Of a stretch of DNA of 64,000 nt, positions 24,463-37,870 are shown piece after piece. The stretch comes from Octopus sinensis (Eukaryota). Below the pieces are notes generated by a model. The model was not told where the DNA came from, searched no databases, and saw only the letters and a list, made by a program, of their open reading frames with translations. The position numbers were made by a program, and so were the translations under genes. Numbering within the stretch: position 1 is the stretch's first letter; every line of letters starts with the position of its first letter. The stretch lies in assembly GCF_006345805.1 (NCBI RefSeq), contig NC_043013.1, positions 1 to 64,000 of the forward strand. The letters run 5' to 3'.

Positions 24463-27400
24463 TTTTATGTCCCACTGGCACTGGAGCCAGTCAGGTGGCA
24501 CTGGAACCAGCCAGGTGGCACTGGCATCAACTACGCTCGAACGGTGCTTTTTATGTGCCACTGGCACTGGAGCCAATCAGGTGGCACTGGCATCAACTAT
24601 GCTCGAACGGTGCTTTTTATGTGGCACTGGCACTGGAGCCAGTCAGGTGGCACTGGCATCAACTATGCTCGAACGGTGCTTTTCATGTGCCACTGGCACT
24701 GGAGCCAGTCAGGTGGCACTGGCATCAACTATGCTCGAACGGTGCTTTTCATGTGCCACTGGCACTGGAGCCAGTCAGGTGGCACTGGCATCAACTACGC
24801 TCGAACGGTGCTTTTTATGTGCCACTGGCACTGGAGCCAATCAGGTGGCACTGGCATCAACTATGCTCGAACGGTGCTTTTTATGTGCCACTGGCCCTGG
24901 AGCCAGTCAGGTGGCACTGGCATCAACTACGCTCGAACGGTGCTTTTTATGTGTCACTGGCACTGGAGCCAGTCAGGTGGCACTGGCTCAACTACGCTCG
25001 AACGGTGCTTTTCATGTGCCACTGGCACTGGAGCCAGTCAGGTGGCACTGGCATCAACTACGCTCGAACAGTGCTTTTTATGTGTCACTGGCACTGGAGC
25101 CAGTCAGGTGGTGGCACTGGCATCAACTACGCTCGAACGGTGCTTTTCATGTGCCACTGGCACTGGAGCCAGTCAGGTGGCACTGGCATCAACTACGCTC
25201 GAACGGTGCTTTTTATGTGCCACTGGCACTGGAGCCAGTCAGGTGGCACTGGCATCAACTACGCTCGAACGGTGCTTTTTATGTGTCACTGGCACTGGAG
25301 CCAGTCAGGTGGCACTGGCATCAACTACGCTCGAACGGTGCTTTTCATGTGCCACTGGCACTGGAGCCAGTCAGGTGGCACTGGCATCAACTACGCTCGA
25401 ACGGTGCTTTTCATGTGCCACTGGCACTGGAGCCAGTCAGGTGGCACTGGCATCAACTACGCTCGAACGGTGCTTTTCATGTGCCACTGGCACTGGAGCC
25501 AGTCAGGTGGCACTGGCATCAACTACGCTCGAACGGTGCTTTTCATGTGCCACTGGCACTGGAGCCAGTCAGGTGGCACTGGCATCAACTACGCTCGAAC
25601 GGTGCTTTTTATGTGCCACTGGCACTGGAGCCAGTCAGGTGGCACTGGCATCAACTACGCTCGAACGGTGCTTTTTATGTGTCACTGGCACTGGAGCCAG
25701 TCAGGTGGCACTGGCATCAACTACGCTCGAACGGTGCTTTTCATGTGCCACTGGCACTGGAGCCAGTCAGGTGGGACTGGCATCAACTACGCTCGAACGG
25801 TGCTTTTTATGTGCCACTGGCACTGGAGCCAGTCAGGTGGCACTGGCATCAACTACGCTCGAACGGTGCTTTTTATGTGTCACTGGCACTGGAGCCAGTC
25901 AGGTGGCACTGGCATCAACTACGCTCGAACGGTGCTTTTTATGTGTCACTGGCACTGGAGCCAGTCAGGTGGCACTGGCATCAACTACGCTCGAACGGTG
26001 CTTTTTATGTCCCACTGGCACTGGAGCCAGTCAGGTGGCACTGGCATCAACTACGCTCGAACGGTGCTTTTTATGTGTCACTGGCACTGGAGCCAGTCAG
26101 GTGGAACTGGCATCAACTATGCTCGAACGGTGCTTTTTATGTGTCACTGGCACTGGAGCCAGTCAGGTGGCACTGGCATCAACTACGCTCGAACGGTGCT
26201 TTTTATGTGTCACTGGCACTGGAGCCAGTCAGGTGGCACTGGCATCAACTACGCTCGAACGGTGCTTTTTATGTGTCACTGGCACTGGAGCCAGTCAGGT
26301 GGCACTGGCATCAACTACGCTCGAACGGTGCTTTTTATGTGTCACTGGCACTGGAGCCAGTCAGGTGGCACTGGCATCAACTACGCTCGAACGGTGCTTT
26401 TTATGTGTCACTGGCACTGGAGCTGCCTGTAAGCTGGCAGCCAGTCAGGTGGTACTGGATCACTACGCTCGAACGGTGCTTTTTATGTGTCACTGGCACT
26501 GGAGCCAGTCAGGTGGCACTGGCATCAACTACGCTCGAACGGTGCTTTTTATGTGTCACTGGCACTGGAGCCAGTCAGGTGGCACTGGCATCAACTACGC
26601 TCGAACGGTGCTTTTTATGTGTCACTGGCACTGGAGCCAGTCAGGTGGCACTGGCATCAACTACGCTCGAACGGTGCTTTTTATGTGTCACTGGCACTGG
26701 AGCCAGTCAGGTGGCACTGGCATCAACTACGCTCGAACGGTGCTTTTTATGTGCCACTGGCACGGAGCCAGTCAGGTGGCACTGGCATCAACTACGCTCG
26801 AACGGTGCTTTTCATGTGCACTGGCACTGGAGCCAGTCAGGTGGCACTGGCATCAACTACGCTCGAACGGTGCTTTTTATGTGTCACTGGCACTGGAGCC
26901 AGTCAGGTGGCACTGGCATCACTACGCTCGAACGGTGCTTTTTTATGTCACTGGCACTGGAGCCAGTCAGGTGGCACTGGCATCAACTACGCTCGAACGG
27001 TGCTTTTTATGTGTCACTGGCACTGGAGCCAGTCAGGTGGCACTGGCATCAACTACGCTCGAACGGTGCTTTTTATGTGTCACTGGCACTGGAGCCAGTC
27101 AGGTGGCACTGGCATCAACTACGCTCGAACGTGCTTTTTATGTGTCACTGGCACTGGAGCCAGTCAGGTGGCACTGGCATCAACTACGCTCGAACGGTGC
27201 TTTTTATGTGCCACTGGCACTGGAGCCAGTCAGGTGGCACTGGCATCAACTACGCTCGAACGGTGCTTTTTATGTGTCACTGGCACTGGAGCCAGTCAGG
27301 TGGCACTGGCATCAACTACGCTCGAACGGTGCTTTTTATGTGTCACTGGCACTGGAGCCAGTCAGGTGGCACTGGCATCAACTACGCTCGAACGGTGCTT

Positions 27401-30400
27401 TTTATTGTGCCACTGGCACTGGAGCCAGTCAGGTGGCACTGGCATCAACTACGCTCGAACGGTGCTTTTTATGTGTCACTGGCACTGGAGCCAGTCAGGT
27501 GCACTGGCATCAACTACGCTCGAACGGTGCTTTTTATGTGTCACTGGCACTGGAGCCAGTCAGGTGGCACTGGCATCAACTACGCTCGAACGGTGCTTTT
27601 TATGTGTCACTGGCACTGGAGCCAGTCAGGTGGCACTGGCATCAACTACGCTCGAACGGTGCTTTTTATGTGCCACTGGCACTGGAGCCAGTCAGGTGGC
27701 ACTGGCATCAACTACGCTCGAACGGTGCTTTTTATGTGTCACTGGCACTGGAGCCAGTCAGGTGGCACTGGCATCACTACGCTCGAACGGTGCTTTTTAT
27801 GTGCCACTGGCACTGGAGCCAGTCAGGTGGCACTGGCATCAACTACGCTCGAACGGTGCTTTTTATGTGCACTGGCACTGGAGCCAGTCAGGTGGCACTG
27901 GCATCAACTACGCTCGAACGGTGCTTTTTATGTGTCACTGGCACTGGAGCCAGTCAGGTGGCACTGGCATCAACTACGCTCGAACGGTGCTTTTATGTGT
28001 CACTGGCACTGGAGCCAGTCAGGTGGCACTGGCATCAACTACGCTCGAACGGTGCTTTTTATGTGTCACTGGCACTGGAGCCAGTCAGGTGGCACTGGCA
28101 TCAACTACGCTCGAACGGTGCTTTTTATGTGCCACTGGCACTGGAGCCAGTCAGGTGGCACTGGCATCAACTACGCTCGAACGGTGCTTTTTATGTGTCA
28201 CTGGCACTGGAGCCAGTCAGGTGGCACTGGCATCAACTACGCTCGAACGGTGCTTTTTATGTGTCACTGGCACTGGAGCCAGTCAGGTGGCACATGGCAT
28301 CAACTACGCTCGAACGGTGCTTTTTATGTGTCACTGGCACTGGAGCCAGTCAGGTGGCACTGGCATCAACTACGCTCGAACGGTGCTTTTTATGTGTCAC
28401 TGCACTGGAGCCAGTCAGGTGGCACTGGCATCACCTACGCTCGAACGGTGCTTTTTATGTGTCACTGGCACTGGAGCCAGTCAGGTGGCACTGGCATCAA
28501 CTACGCTCGAACGGTGCTTTTTATGTGCCACTGGCACTGGAGCCAGTCAGGTGGCACTGGCATCAACTACGCTCGAACGGTGCTTTTTATGTGTCACTGG
28601 CACTGGAGCCAGTCAGGTGGCACTGGCATCAACTACGCTCGAACGGTGCTTTTTATGTGTCACTGGCACTGGAGCCAGTCAGGTGGCACTGGCATCAACT
28701 ACGCTCGAACGGTGCTTTTCATGTGCCACTGGCACTGGAGCCAGTCAGGTGGCACTGGCATCAACTACGCTCGAACGGTGCTTTTTATGTGTCACTGGCA
28801 CTGGAGCCAGTCAGGTGGCACTGGCATCAACTACGCTCGAACGGTGCTTTTTATGTGTCACTGGCACTGGAGCCAGTCAGGTGGCACTGGCATCAACTAC
28901 GCTCGAACGGTGCTTTTTATGTGTCACTGGCACTGGAGCCAGTCAGGTGGCACTGGCATCAACTACGCTCGAACGGTGCTTTTTATGTGTCACTGGCACT
29001 GGAGCCAGTCAGGTGGCACTGGCATCAACTACGCTCGAACGGTGCTTTTTATGTGTCACTGGCACTGGAGCCAGTCAGGTGGCACTGGCATCAACTACGC
29101 TCGAACGGTGCTTTTTATGTGCCACTGGCACTGGAGCCGTCAGGTGGCACTGGCATCAACTACGCTCGAACGGTGCTTTTTATGTGTCACTGGCACTTGG
29201 AGCCAGTCAGGTGCACTGGCATCAACTACGCTCGAACGGTGCTTTTTATGTGTCACTGGCACTGGAGCCAGTCAGGTGGCACTGGCATCAACTACGCTCG
29301 AACGTGCTTTTTCATGTGCCACTGGCACTGGAGCCAGTCAGGTGGCACTGGCATCAACTACGCTCGAACGGTTGCTTTTTATGTGTCACTGGCACTGGAG
29401 CCAGTCAGGTGGCACTGGCATCAACTACGCTCGAACGGTGCTTTTTATGTGGTCACTGGCACTGGAGCCAGTCAGGTGGCACTGGCATCAACTAATACGC
29501 TCGAACGGTGCTTTTTTTGTGTCACTGGCACTGGAGCCAGTCAGGTGGCACTGGCATCAACTACGCTCGAACGGTGCTTTTTATGTGCCACTGGCACTGG
29601 AGCCAGTCAGTGGCACTGGCATCAACTACGCTCGAACGGTGCTTTTTATGTGTCACTGGCACTGGAGCCAGTCAGGGGGCACTGGCATCAACTACGCTCG
29701 AACGGTTGCTTTATGTGTCACTGGCACTGGAGCCAGTCAGGTGGCACTGGCATCAACTACGCTCGAACGGTGCTTTTTATGTGTCACTGGCACTGGAGCC
29801 AGTCAGGTGGCACTGGCATCAATAACACGCTCGAACGGTGCTTTTTATGTGCCACTGGCACTGGAGCCAGTCAGGTGGCACTGGCATCAATCAATACGCT
29901 CGAACGGTGCTTTTTATGTGTCACTGGCACTGGAGCCAGTCAGGTGGCCACTGGCATCAACTACGCTCGAACGGTGCTTTTTATGTGTCACTGGCACTGG
30001 AGCCAGTCAGGTGGCACTGGCATCAACATACGCTCGACCGGTGCTTTTTATGTGTCACTGGCACTGGAGCCAGTCAGGTGCACTGGGCCTCAACTACGCT
30101 CGAACGGTGCTTTTTATGTGTCACTGGCACTGGAGCCAGTCAGGTGGCACTGGCATCAACTACGCTCGAACGGTGCTTTTTATGTGCCACTGGCACTGGA
30201 GCCAGTCAGGTGGCACTGGCATCAACTACGCTCGAACGGTGCTTTTTATGGTGTCACTGGCACTGGAGCCAGTCAGGTGGCACTGGCATCAACTACGCTC
30301 GAACGGTGCTTTTTATGTGTCACTGGCACTGGAGCCAGTCAGGTGGCACTGGCATCAACTACGCTCGAACGGTGCTTTTTATGTGTCACTGGCACTGGAG

Positions 30401-30932
30401 CCAGTCAGGTGGCACTGGCATCAACTACGCTCGAACGGTGCTTTTTATGTGCCACTGGCACTGGAGCCAGTCAGGTGGCACTGGCATCAACTACGCTCGA
30501 ACGGTGCTTTTTATGTGTCACTGGCACTGGAGCCAGTCAGGTGGCACTGGCATCAACTACGCTCGAACGGTGCTTTTTATGTGCCACTGGCACTGGAGCC
30601 AGTCAGGTGGCACTGGCATCAACTACGCTCGAACGGTGCTTTTTATGTGTCACTGGCACTGGAGCCAGTCAGGTGGCACTGGCATCAACTACGCTCGAAC
30701 GGTGCTTTTCATGTGCCACTGGCACTGGAGCCAGTCAGGTGGCACTGGCATCAACTACGCTCGAACAGTGCTTTTTATGTGCCACTGGCACGGGAGCCAG
30801 TCAGGTGGCACTGGCATCAACTACGCTCGAACGGTGCTTTTTATGTGCCACTGGCACTGGAGCCAGTCAGGTGGCACTGGCATCAACTACGCTCGAACGG
30901 TGCTTTTTATGTGCCACTGGCACGGGAGCCAG
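24463..30932. repeat. 66-bp tandem array, about 98 copies
   Basis: Unit gtg(c/t)cactggcactggagccagtcaggtggcactggcatcaactacgctcgaacggtgctttttat; period confirmed (24541 to 24607) and 22-aa periodicity in the ORF track. Confidence 0.99.
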
Positions 30933-31162
30933 TCATTTGTTTGCATTCCCGTAACTTAGCGGTTCAGGAAAAGAAACCAACAGAATAAATAAATGACTTA
31001 AAAATAGAAAGTGTTGGAGTCAATTTGCTCGACGAAAACTCTTCGAGGCAGTGCCCCAGCATGGCCAGAGTTCAATTGTTAGAAAAGAAAAGCAATAGAT
31101 GAAAGATATATAACATTAACAGGTTCATGATGTGTTTGTGTATAAAATTATATATATAGGTG

Positions 31163-31193
<31 letters not shown>

Positions 31194-31824
31194 ACGTGCG
31201 TGCACACGCAAGCATACATGCAAGGTGTTGTGTATAATTACCTGTACTGTGATATACACCTGTTCACTTTTGTACATAGCTTATGTTACTGAAATAGAGA
31301 ATTGTCTAAGAAAGACAGGAGAAATAAAAGTGTGTAGGAGAGTGAGTGCAGGAAGAACAGACTGGAATTTTTTGTAAATTTAACTTCGTGTATGTGTATG
31401 TGTGTGTGTGTGTGTGTGAAATATGTATGTTTTAATATTTTGTATTGAATGTGTCAAGTACAGGATGTATGCGGGTGCCCACACATGTGGAAGTATTTGG
31501 GACTAAGAGTGCGTGCGTGTATTTGTAAGAATGACAGGTTTCGCTATGCTAAACATAGGATATGTATGCCAGGGTGTTTACAAATGTGTGAGTCACAGGA
31601 TGTGTATGTGTGTGTAGATACACATATGTGTGTGTGTATACACACACATGCATGAGTTTGTATGTGGGAGGTGGATAGTATATGATTACTGTATATTCCA
31701 TTTATACTCACAGCATACTAAGGATGTGTGTACATGTATATATATTTACTGTGTATTTCCTGTACACCAATCACACATTCAATGACTGAGAAAGTTTGGA
31801 GAGGGCATATATATATATATATAT

Positions 31825-31862
<38 letters not shown>

Positions 31863-33469
31863 GAGAGAGATGCTTTATATATCATACATTCCCACAATAT
31901 ACTCAGAGTGACAATATGTTTATGCATACTTACATATATATATATATATATATATTCATACATATGTACATATATTTACACACACACACACACACACACA
32001 CATATGGAAAGAGATAATGCATCTATAAACAGAAACACACTTATTATTCTAATCTTTTGCAATGACATTCTAAAATCAAACGCCAGTTTTGCTGTCCAAT
32101 TCACACAACCCTCACTTACACACGCATACACACACATGGACCTACACAAAAATGCACACACACATAGATTTTGAACTTATGTAGTAACACACAAACCTTC
32201 TTATCCATACACACACACACACACAGAGAAACACATGTGCGTGTGTGTGTGTGCACGTGCCATTTTATACACCAACACATTACCATTTTGTAAAAATAAA
32301 GAGAGTCGCAAAAATTAATACAATTAGTTGCAACCACTGACCCACACAAACATACAGTCATGCGTACATTCGTAAGTGGATTTGGTAGACAGAATCTAAA
32401 GGACGCCTGTTGCATGCGTGCATGCATGTTACTCTCTCCTTCACTTAATATAACAGTAGCAAATGAATGTCACCATCGTGCAAGCAGTGTCCTCTGTTTC
32501 CAATCTTCTGTGAAAACATGTCTGGTCTGGACATATATTACGTTGCTTGAAAACAGGGTAAGGGTTGGTGACAGGAAAAACATCCAGCTGTAGAAAAACC
32601 TGCCTCAATAAATTCTGTCCAACCCATGCAAGAATGGAAAAACAGATGTTAAACAGTGATGCTGATGATGATGATGCTATAAAGGCGTGTGGCGTAATGG
32701 TTAGGGTATTCAGTTTGCAAACGTCAGGTCATGACTTCATTTCCCAGTGGTGCACTGTCTCCTTCAACAAAACGCTTTATTTCACATTGCCCCAGTCCAT
32801 TCAGCTGGCAAAAAAGTGCTGTTCCTGTAATTTAAGGGGCCAGCCTTGTCACATTCTGTATCATGTCGAATCTCCCCAGGAACTACATTAAAGGTATGTG
32901 TGTCCATGGAGTGCTCAGCTACTTGCACATTAATTTCATATGCAGGCTGTTCCGTTGATCAGATCAGCTGAAAGCTTCATTCTCGTAACTACCAGTTACA
33001 CATAAACACACAAACACACATAAATGTGTGCTTTTGTGAATGTATGCATGCAATAATGTGTCAATGAATATGCATTCAAAGACCTTTGGAATAAAAAATG
33101 CCCCTTACTTCTAAAACAGGTCAGAGGGCAAGACTGGAAGAGTATCTGGCTGGAAAACTCTGCCTCAAATTCCCATCTAAATGTATCCTAACCTGGCAAA
33201 GAATAGTGGCAGTAGGTGGGGTGGAGGGCATGTAACCACATGTGTATTTTTCTTGGACTTTTTTCCTCTTCTCCAGATTTTTCCTTTCTCTTTCTAACAA
33301 AGAGCCATGCTCAAAACATTACAAACCCACTCTTTTTTCTATCTTATACTGAGCATCAACCTAATACATTCCATGTGTACATCCTTTTGACTTTTGTTGT
33401 TTTGTTCATCACCATCATCATTTTTCCATACTGCCAATGAGAAAGACTGTTTGACTGAATAATAATATG

Positions 33470-33805
33470 CGGAGACCCCCTTCGGTCATGACTGACCATG
33501 GGATTGCACCTAGGAAGTTACCTTCCCAAGTACAAATCCAGGCAAGGTTGTTTAAGGAAGACCAGCAATCGCCCATGCATACCGGCCTCCCCTCTCCACG
33601 CCACCAGTGTTATCCAAGGGAAAGACAAAGGCCGATACAACTTGGCACCTGTGACGTCGCAACTCATTTCTACAGTTGAGTGAAGTGAGGTAACATGAAA
33701 TAAAATGTCTTCCTCAAGAACACAACACGCAGCCCGATCCGGGATTCAAACTCACAACCTCACAATCGTAAGCTCGAAGCTCTAATGACTGAGCTATGCA
33801 CCTTC

Positions 33806-33808
<3 letters not shown>
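33470..33808 (-). mobile_element. tRNA-derived SINE, near full length
   Basis: Minus strand: A-box-like tagctcagtcattag, B-box-like gagtttgaatccc, then gtgttgtgttcttgaggaagacattttatttcatg body. Confidence 0.75.
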
Positions 33809-33851
<43 letters not shown>

Positions 33852-33891
33852 TACTTTAGGAATGAGAACCCAGGTTCAAAATTTCCCCAAC

Positions 33892-33935
33892 ACACCTGAT
33901 GAAGGTTGAAGAGTATATCTGCCGAAACGTTGTGT
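33892..33935 (+). ncRNA. Minimal type I hammerhead ribozyme motif in a dispersed repeat (about 33810-33990)
   Basis: acac-CTGATGA-a-ggttg..ctgcc-GAAA-c-GTT-gtgt; helix I acac/gtgt, palindromic aacgtt in place of helix III; helix II has one mismatch. Confidence 0.7.
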
Positions 33936-34277
33936 TAACAACAAACAAGATGAGGACAAATATCAGTCAAATGTAAATAATGTAAATACTGTTTGGTTGT
34001 GGTAAACTGGGGCTCTGTACCAGGCACCAGTCCAATTTGGTTTGTTTTCTATGGCTGGATGCCCTTCCTAATGTCAACCACTCTACACAATGTACTGGAT
34101 ACCTTTTAAGGGTCACCGGCACTGGCCACAACTATGATTTCACTTAGCTTGACGTGTCTCCTCAAGCACAACAAATCACCAAAGGTCTTCATCACTATAC
34201 ATATTCACAAACATAGATATATATCCATATGTACATATATTCTTACATATATATTCATACTTATTACACAGATACAA

Positions 34278-34321
<44 letters not shown>

Positions 34322-34380
34322 TCATCATCATCGTTTAACGTCCGTTTTCCATGCTAGCATGGGTTGGACCTATATATATA

Positions 34381-34850
34381 TATATTATATTAAATTAGAG
34401 ACAAAACCACTATTAGGCAAATCAAACAATGAAAGACTTAAGCCAATACATAAATTAATTTATATTATTTAAATATGTAACAATTATTAAAAAAATATAA
34501 TTAATATCCACTACGTCTTGATTCAAAATTAGTTCATTGTTTAAAACTCGCCAAGAAAAATTTTGAAACACCTGATGAATGACTGCGACCTAAAGATTTG
34601 ATGACAGCAGCCAGGAAACGATCGTAGTGGATATTAATTATATTTTTTTAATAATTGTTACATATTTAAATAATATAAATCAATTTATGTATTGGCTTAA
34701 GTCTTTCATTGTTTGATTTGCCTAATAGTGGTTTTGTCTCTAATTTAATATAATATAATATTTTACTATAAAATTGGATTCAATCCTAAATCTGATTTTT
34801 CCCTGTAAGTTTGGATTTATTCCCTAATATTTATTATTATATATATATAT
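34381..34850 (+). mobile_element. PLE pLTR-like palindromic element with HHR motif (34568-34629) in the spacer
   Basis: 135-bp arms 34381-34515 and 34623-34757 (1 mismatch seen). Spacer has cac-CTGATGA-a-tgactgc..gcagcca-g-GAAA-cgatc-GTA-gtg. The extra 3' tail is also found reversed at about 50100-50230. Confidence 0.7.
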
Positions 34851-34857
34851 ATATATA

Positions 34858-35305
34858 CTAGCAGCTAAGCCCGGTTTCACGTGGTCGGTTTGGATGATGT
34901 GGCTGTAAAACCTGCTCTGTGTAAGCATTTGAATTGTTTGGGCATGCTTACGTTAAAAAACAATTTTAGAATGACTTTTTTCTGTCAAAACGCTAAAAAT
35001 AACTGATGAGCAAAAAAAAAAACAACCAATATTCAACCAAATCATAAAATAAACCCAAATACTAAGCGAGCAAAGATGAACCATCCCCCTTCCATTGCAC
35101 ACGCACACACACACTCACATACCCCCCCCCCTTACATACACACACATATATTCACACGGAGTTGAAACGCTGTTTGATTTATTTTTTCAGCGTACAATTT
35201 TCATCATCCCACTACCAAGTATGACATCACCCCTCCCTTCCTTCCTTATTCATCTATCACTCCTTCCTTTCTCATTCATAAACACAAGAGTATTATTATA
35301 GTAGA
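34858..35305 (-). mobile_element. Non-autonomous Helitron, 448 bp
   Basis: Minus strand starts TCTACTATAATAATAC, ends ..ccgggcttagctgCTAG, inserted between A and T with no TSD; weak subterminal GC-rich hairpin. Confidence 0.75.
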
Positions 35306-35462
35306 TTATCTCAGTAACCATGGGAGCTATGAAAAAAATATAAAGCCAAGCATTGCCACTGGATCATTCTACACATCTGTGTAATTTTTCCTGTAGTTCC
35401 ACCCAGCTATTTAACTGTGAATCCCAAGACAAGAAAGAATCACCCATGTCAAATTTATATGC

Positions 35463-35510
<48 letters not shown>

Positions 35511-36315
35511 AATACACACACAACCAGTTATTTAAAATAAAAATTAACAATAAAAAACAAACGAACACCATCATCATCACCAGCCTCACTTCTCCGTCTA
35601 CAGCCCAGAGTATAACCAGTCTTCCTTTGCCTGAACAAACGTCTACTAAATATTCCAGGCTGGCAAGCAAGCTAACAGCAGTGGTGAGAGAGAGATTAAA
35701 TGAAGCAAGTGAAATGCAGATCTGGGTTTCCTTTACAACTAAATAGGCTTGTAGATTGTAAGTAGCAAGTTAGAAGATGAGGGGGGAAACAGACAGACAG
35801 ACAGACAGAGACTGAGTGCTGGTGGTGATTTGCTGTCTTTCTCTCTTTCTCCATCTTTCTTTACTATATTTTACACACAAACACATTAGCAAAATGAATA
35901 AAAATGAATACCACTTTATATATACAGACACATACATCCTCTATCCTGGTTCTCATTTTCAATATCTCAATTCCATTTTTTTTTTTTTCTCAATTGATCT
36001 CATCTGTGAGCATCTGTGTGCATTCACATATAGAAACACACAAAAACATATACAGACATACACATACAGGCATATATCTGTGCATATACACACACATACC
36101 TGAGCACTTTACACTCTTCCTTCTCCACAATCTCCTCTACTGATGATCGTCACAGTCAAAAGCAAGCTTGTAAATTTAGCCAGTAAAGTATCCTAGCCCC
36201 CCCCCCCCCACCAGTGGTACATATATATATATATTCCTTCATCAGTTTGGGTCACTGGTTTCACACGGAAGAATCCCCAGAGAAACAGGGTGACAGATCA
36301 GCCTAAATAAACTCC

Positions 36316-36350
<35 letters not shown>

Positions 36351-36428
36351 TTTTAATCTAATGCTGTTTCAAGTGTGACCACCTTCTTCACAAATCAGTG
36401 AATGTGTCCTTTCCTTATCCCTATAATG

Positions 36429-36727
36429 CATAGGTTCACTAAGTGGTTGCTACTGCCCCCGTTGGGCATTGAGAGGGCCCAGGTGGGCAGTAGAGAAAAA
36501 GGAGGAATTGGGAGGAAGGCAGTGGATTAGGAAACACTATGAATTTATAATATTATAGTATTGCATACAAATCATATGATATTATATTGAATATCAAATG
36601 ATTCATAGTGTATATATATATAAATTAGTAAAATATAAAATATTTATACATAAAATTAGGGGTTAGGGTGCTGGGTGTATCATATAACCATGAGGGGGCG
36701 GTGGCCCAAAAAGTTTGAGAACCTCTG
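36429..36727. mobile_element. hAT (Charlie-like) MITE
   Basis: TIRs cataggttc / gaacctctg; 8-bp flanks ctataatg and ctgtaacg (6/8 identical, both differences are transitions). Confidence 0.55.
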
Positions 36728-37509
36728 CTGTAACGGAACAAAAGTTCTAATTTAACTCAAAAGTAACCAGGAGTGTCAGTCACTGAAGAGATGAAATTAA
36801 ACATAAACACCAGTGTCTGATGGTCTGCTGACATCTGTCTGAGCAAGCTGTGTTTTAAAGAGAACTTTCTCTCAGGCAAAATATTACAGCTAGTACTGTT
36901 CTACATTTGATATACACTGATATATATATACATCATTCATACACATTCCTTTTGTTGACGGGTTCATCAAAAAAAAAATCACTCAATACATTTTAGAATG
37001 ATATTTCATACACAATATCTACAATATTTATTGACAACAGCTTATCATGTTTCCAAGGAGGATATGTGTCATGACTGTCACTCTTCATTTCATTTGTTGC
37101 TTGTTTTGTTCAAAGCTTCAAGTTGTTTTTGGTTGTCATACGTGGTTCCAGGAGAAAATGTGATTTGGAAGTGAATTTTTATTTGGAAGGTGCAACAACT
37201 CAGAAGCAGCTAAACATAAGTAGTGCCCCTTGGACCATCATTACTAAATTGACAATTTTGCTCTGTAATAAAAATTTTTTTTAAATTTAAACTTATATAC
37301 TTCAGTGTCTAAAACATTTATTTACAATTTTATGTTGGTGCATGTCTTGTCCAAGGCAAAAGATATGTCTAAAAGAATTTGATAAGAAATACATAAAGGA
37401 GTTGATATAGTCAATACATTGATTCTACATGTACATGGAGTGTAAATAATGGGAATTTAGAACTGAGAAAGAAATATTTGCTTGAGAGGATCCCCAAATT
37501 GGAGTGCTA

Positions 37510-37870
37510 TTAATTTGGTGTAGATGGTATTTTCCAATGGGACAGTATGAATAAATCCTCATTCGTACATCTGGTAAATATCTTCTCCCTTGAATTTAAA
37601 TAATTATTGGAGTTCTTTGATTTAAACAGATTGTGTGTTCTCTCTGCAATACACAGATTGCATCTCTTCAATCCAATTGTGTATGGGTTTGCTCATTCAA
37701 GGCCCCTCTATTTGGTGCAGTAATTGATGCTATGGTCTCCCAGTTTTCAGACATAGGACATAGATTGTGAACACCATGGAATTTCTTTTGTCAATGTGTT
37801 TGAGTGATGACTGCTAATTATAAAATCTTTCCTTGAGTTCACCTTCACATGTACCAATGCACCTTCTCTT
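37510..37870 (-). pseudogene. Degenerate PLE GIY-YIG endonuclease C-terminal remnant
   Basis: CIGTCEGELKERFYN*QSSLKHIDKRNS..(frameshift)..NPYTIGLKRCNLCIAER..YLNSREKIFTRC; stops and frameshifts; homologous to 48683-48955. Confidence 0.75.

Noticed and set aside
24463-30932. CRISPR-like array
   Set aside because: Units are contiguous and near-identical with no unique spacers; eukaryotic context; no cas genes.
24454-30988. 2166-aa, 2176-aa, 1002-aa and other ORFs over the array
   Set aside because: The 66-bp unit has no stop codon in any + frame. Translations switch among three peptides at single-base indels, and the unit derives from an RTE 3' UTR.
36655-36668. Telomeric TTAGGG repeats
   Set aside because: Only two imperfect units, inside a hAT MITE.
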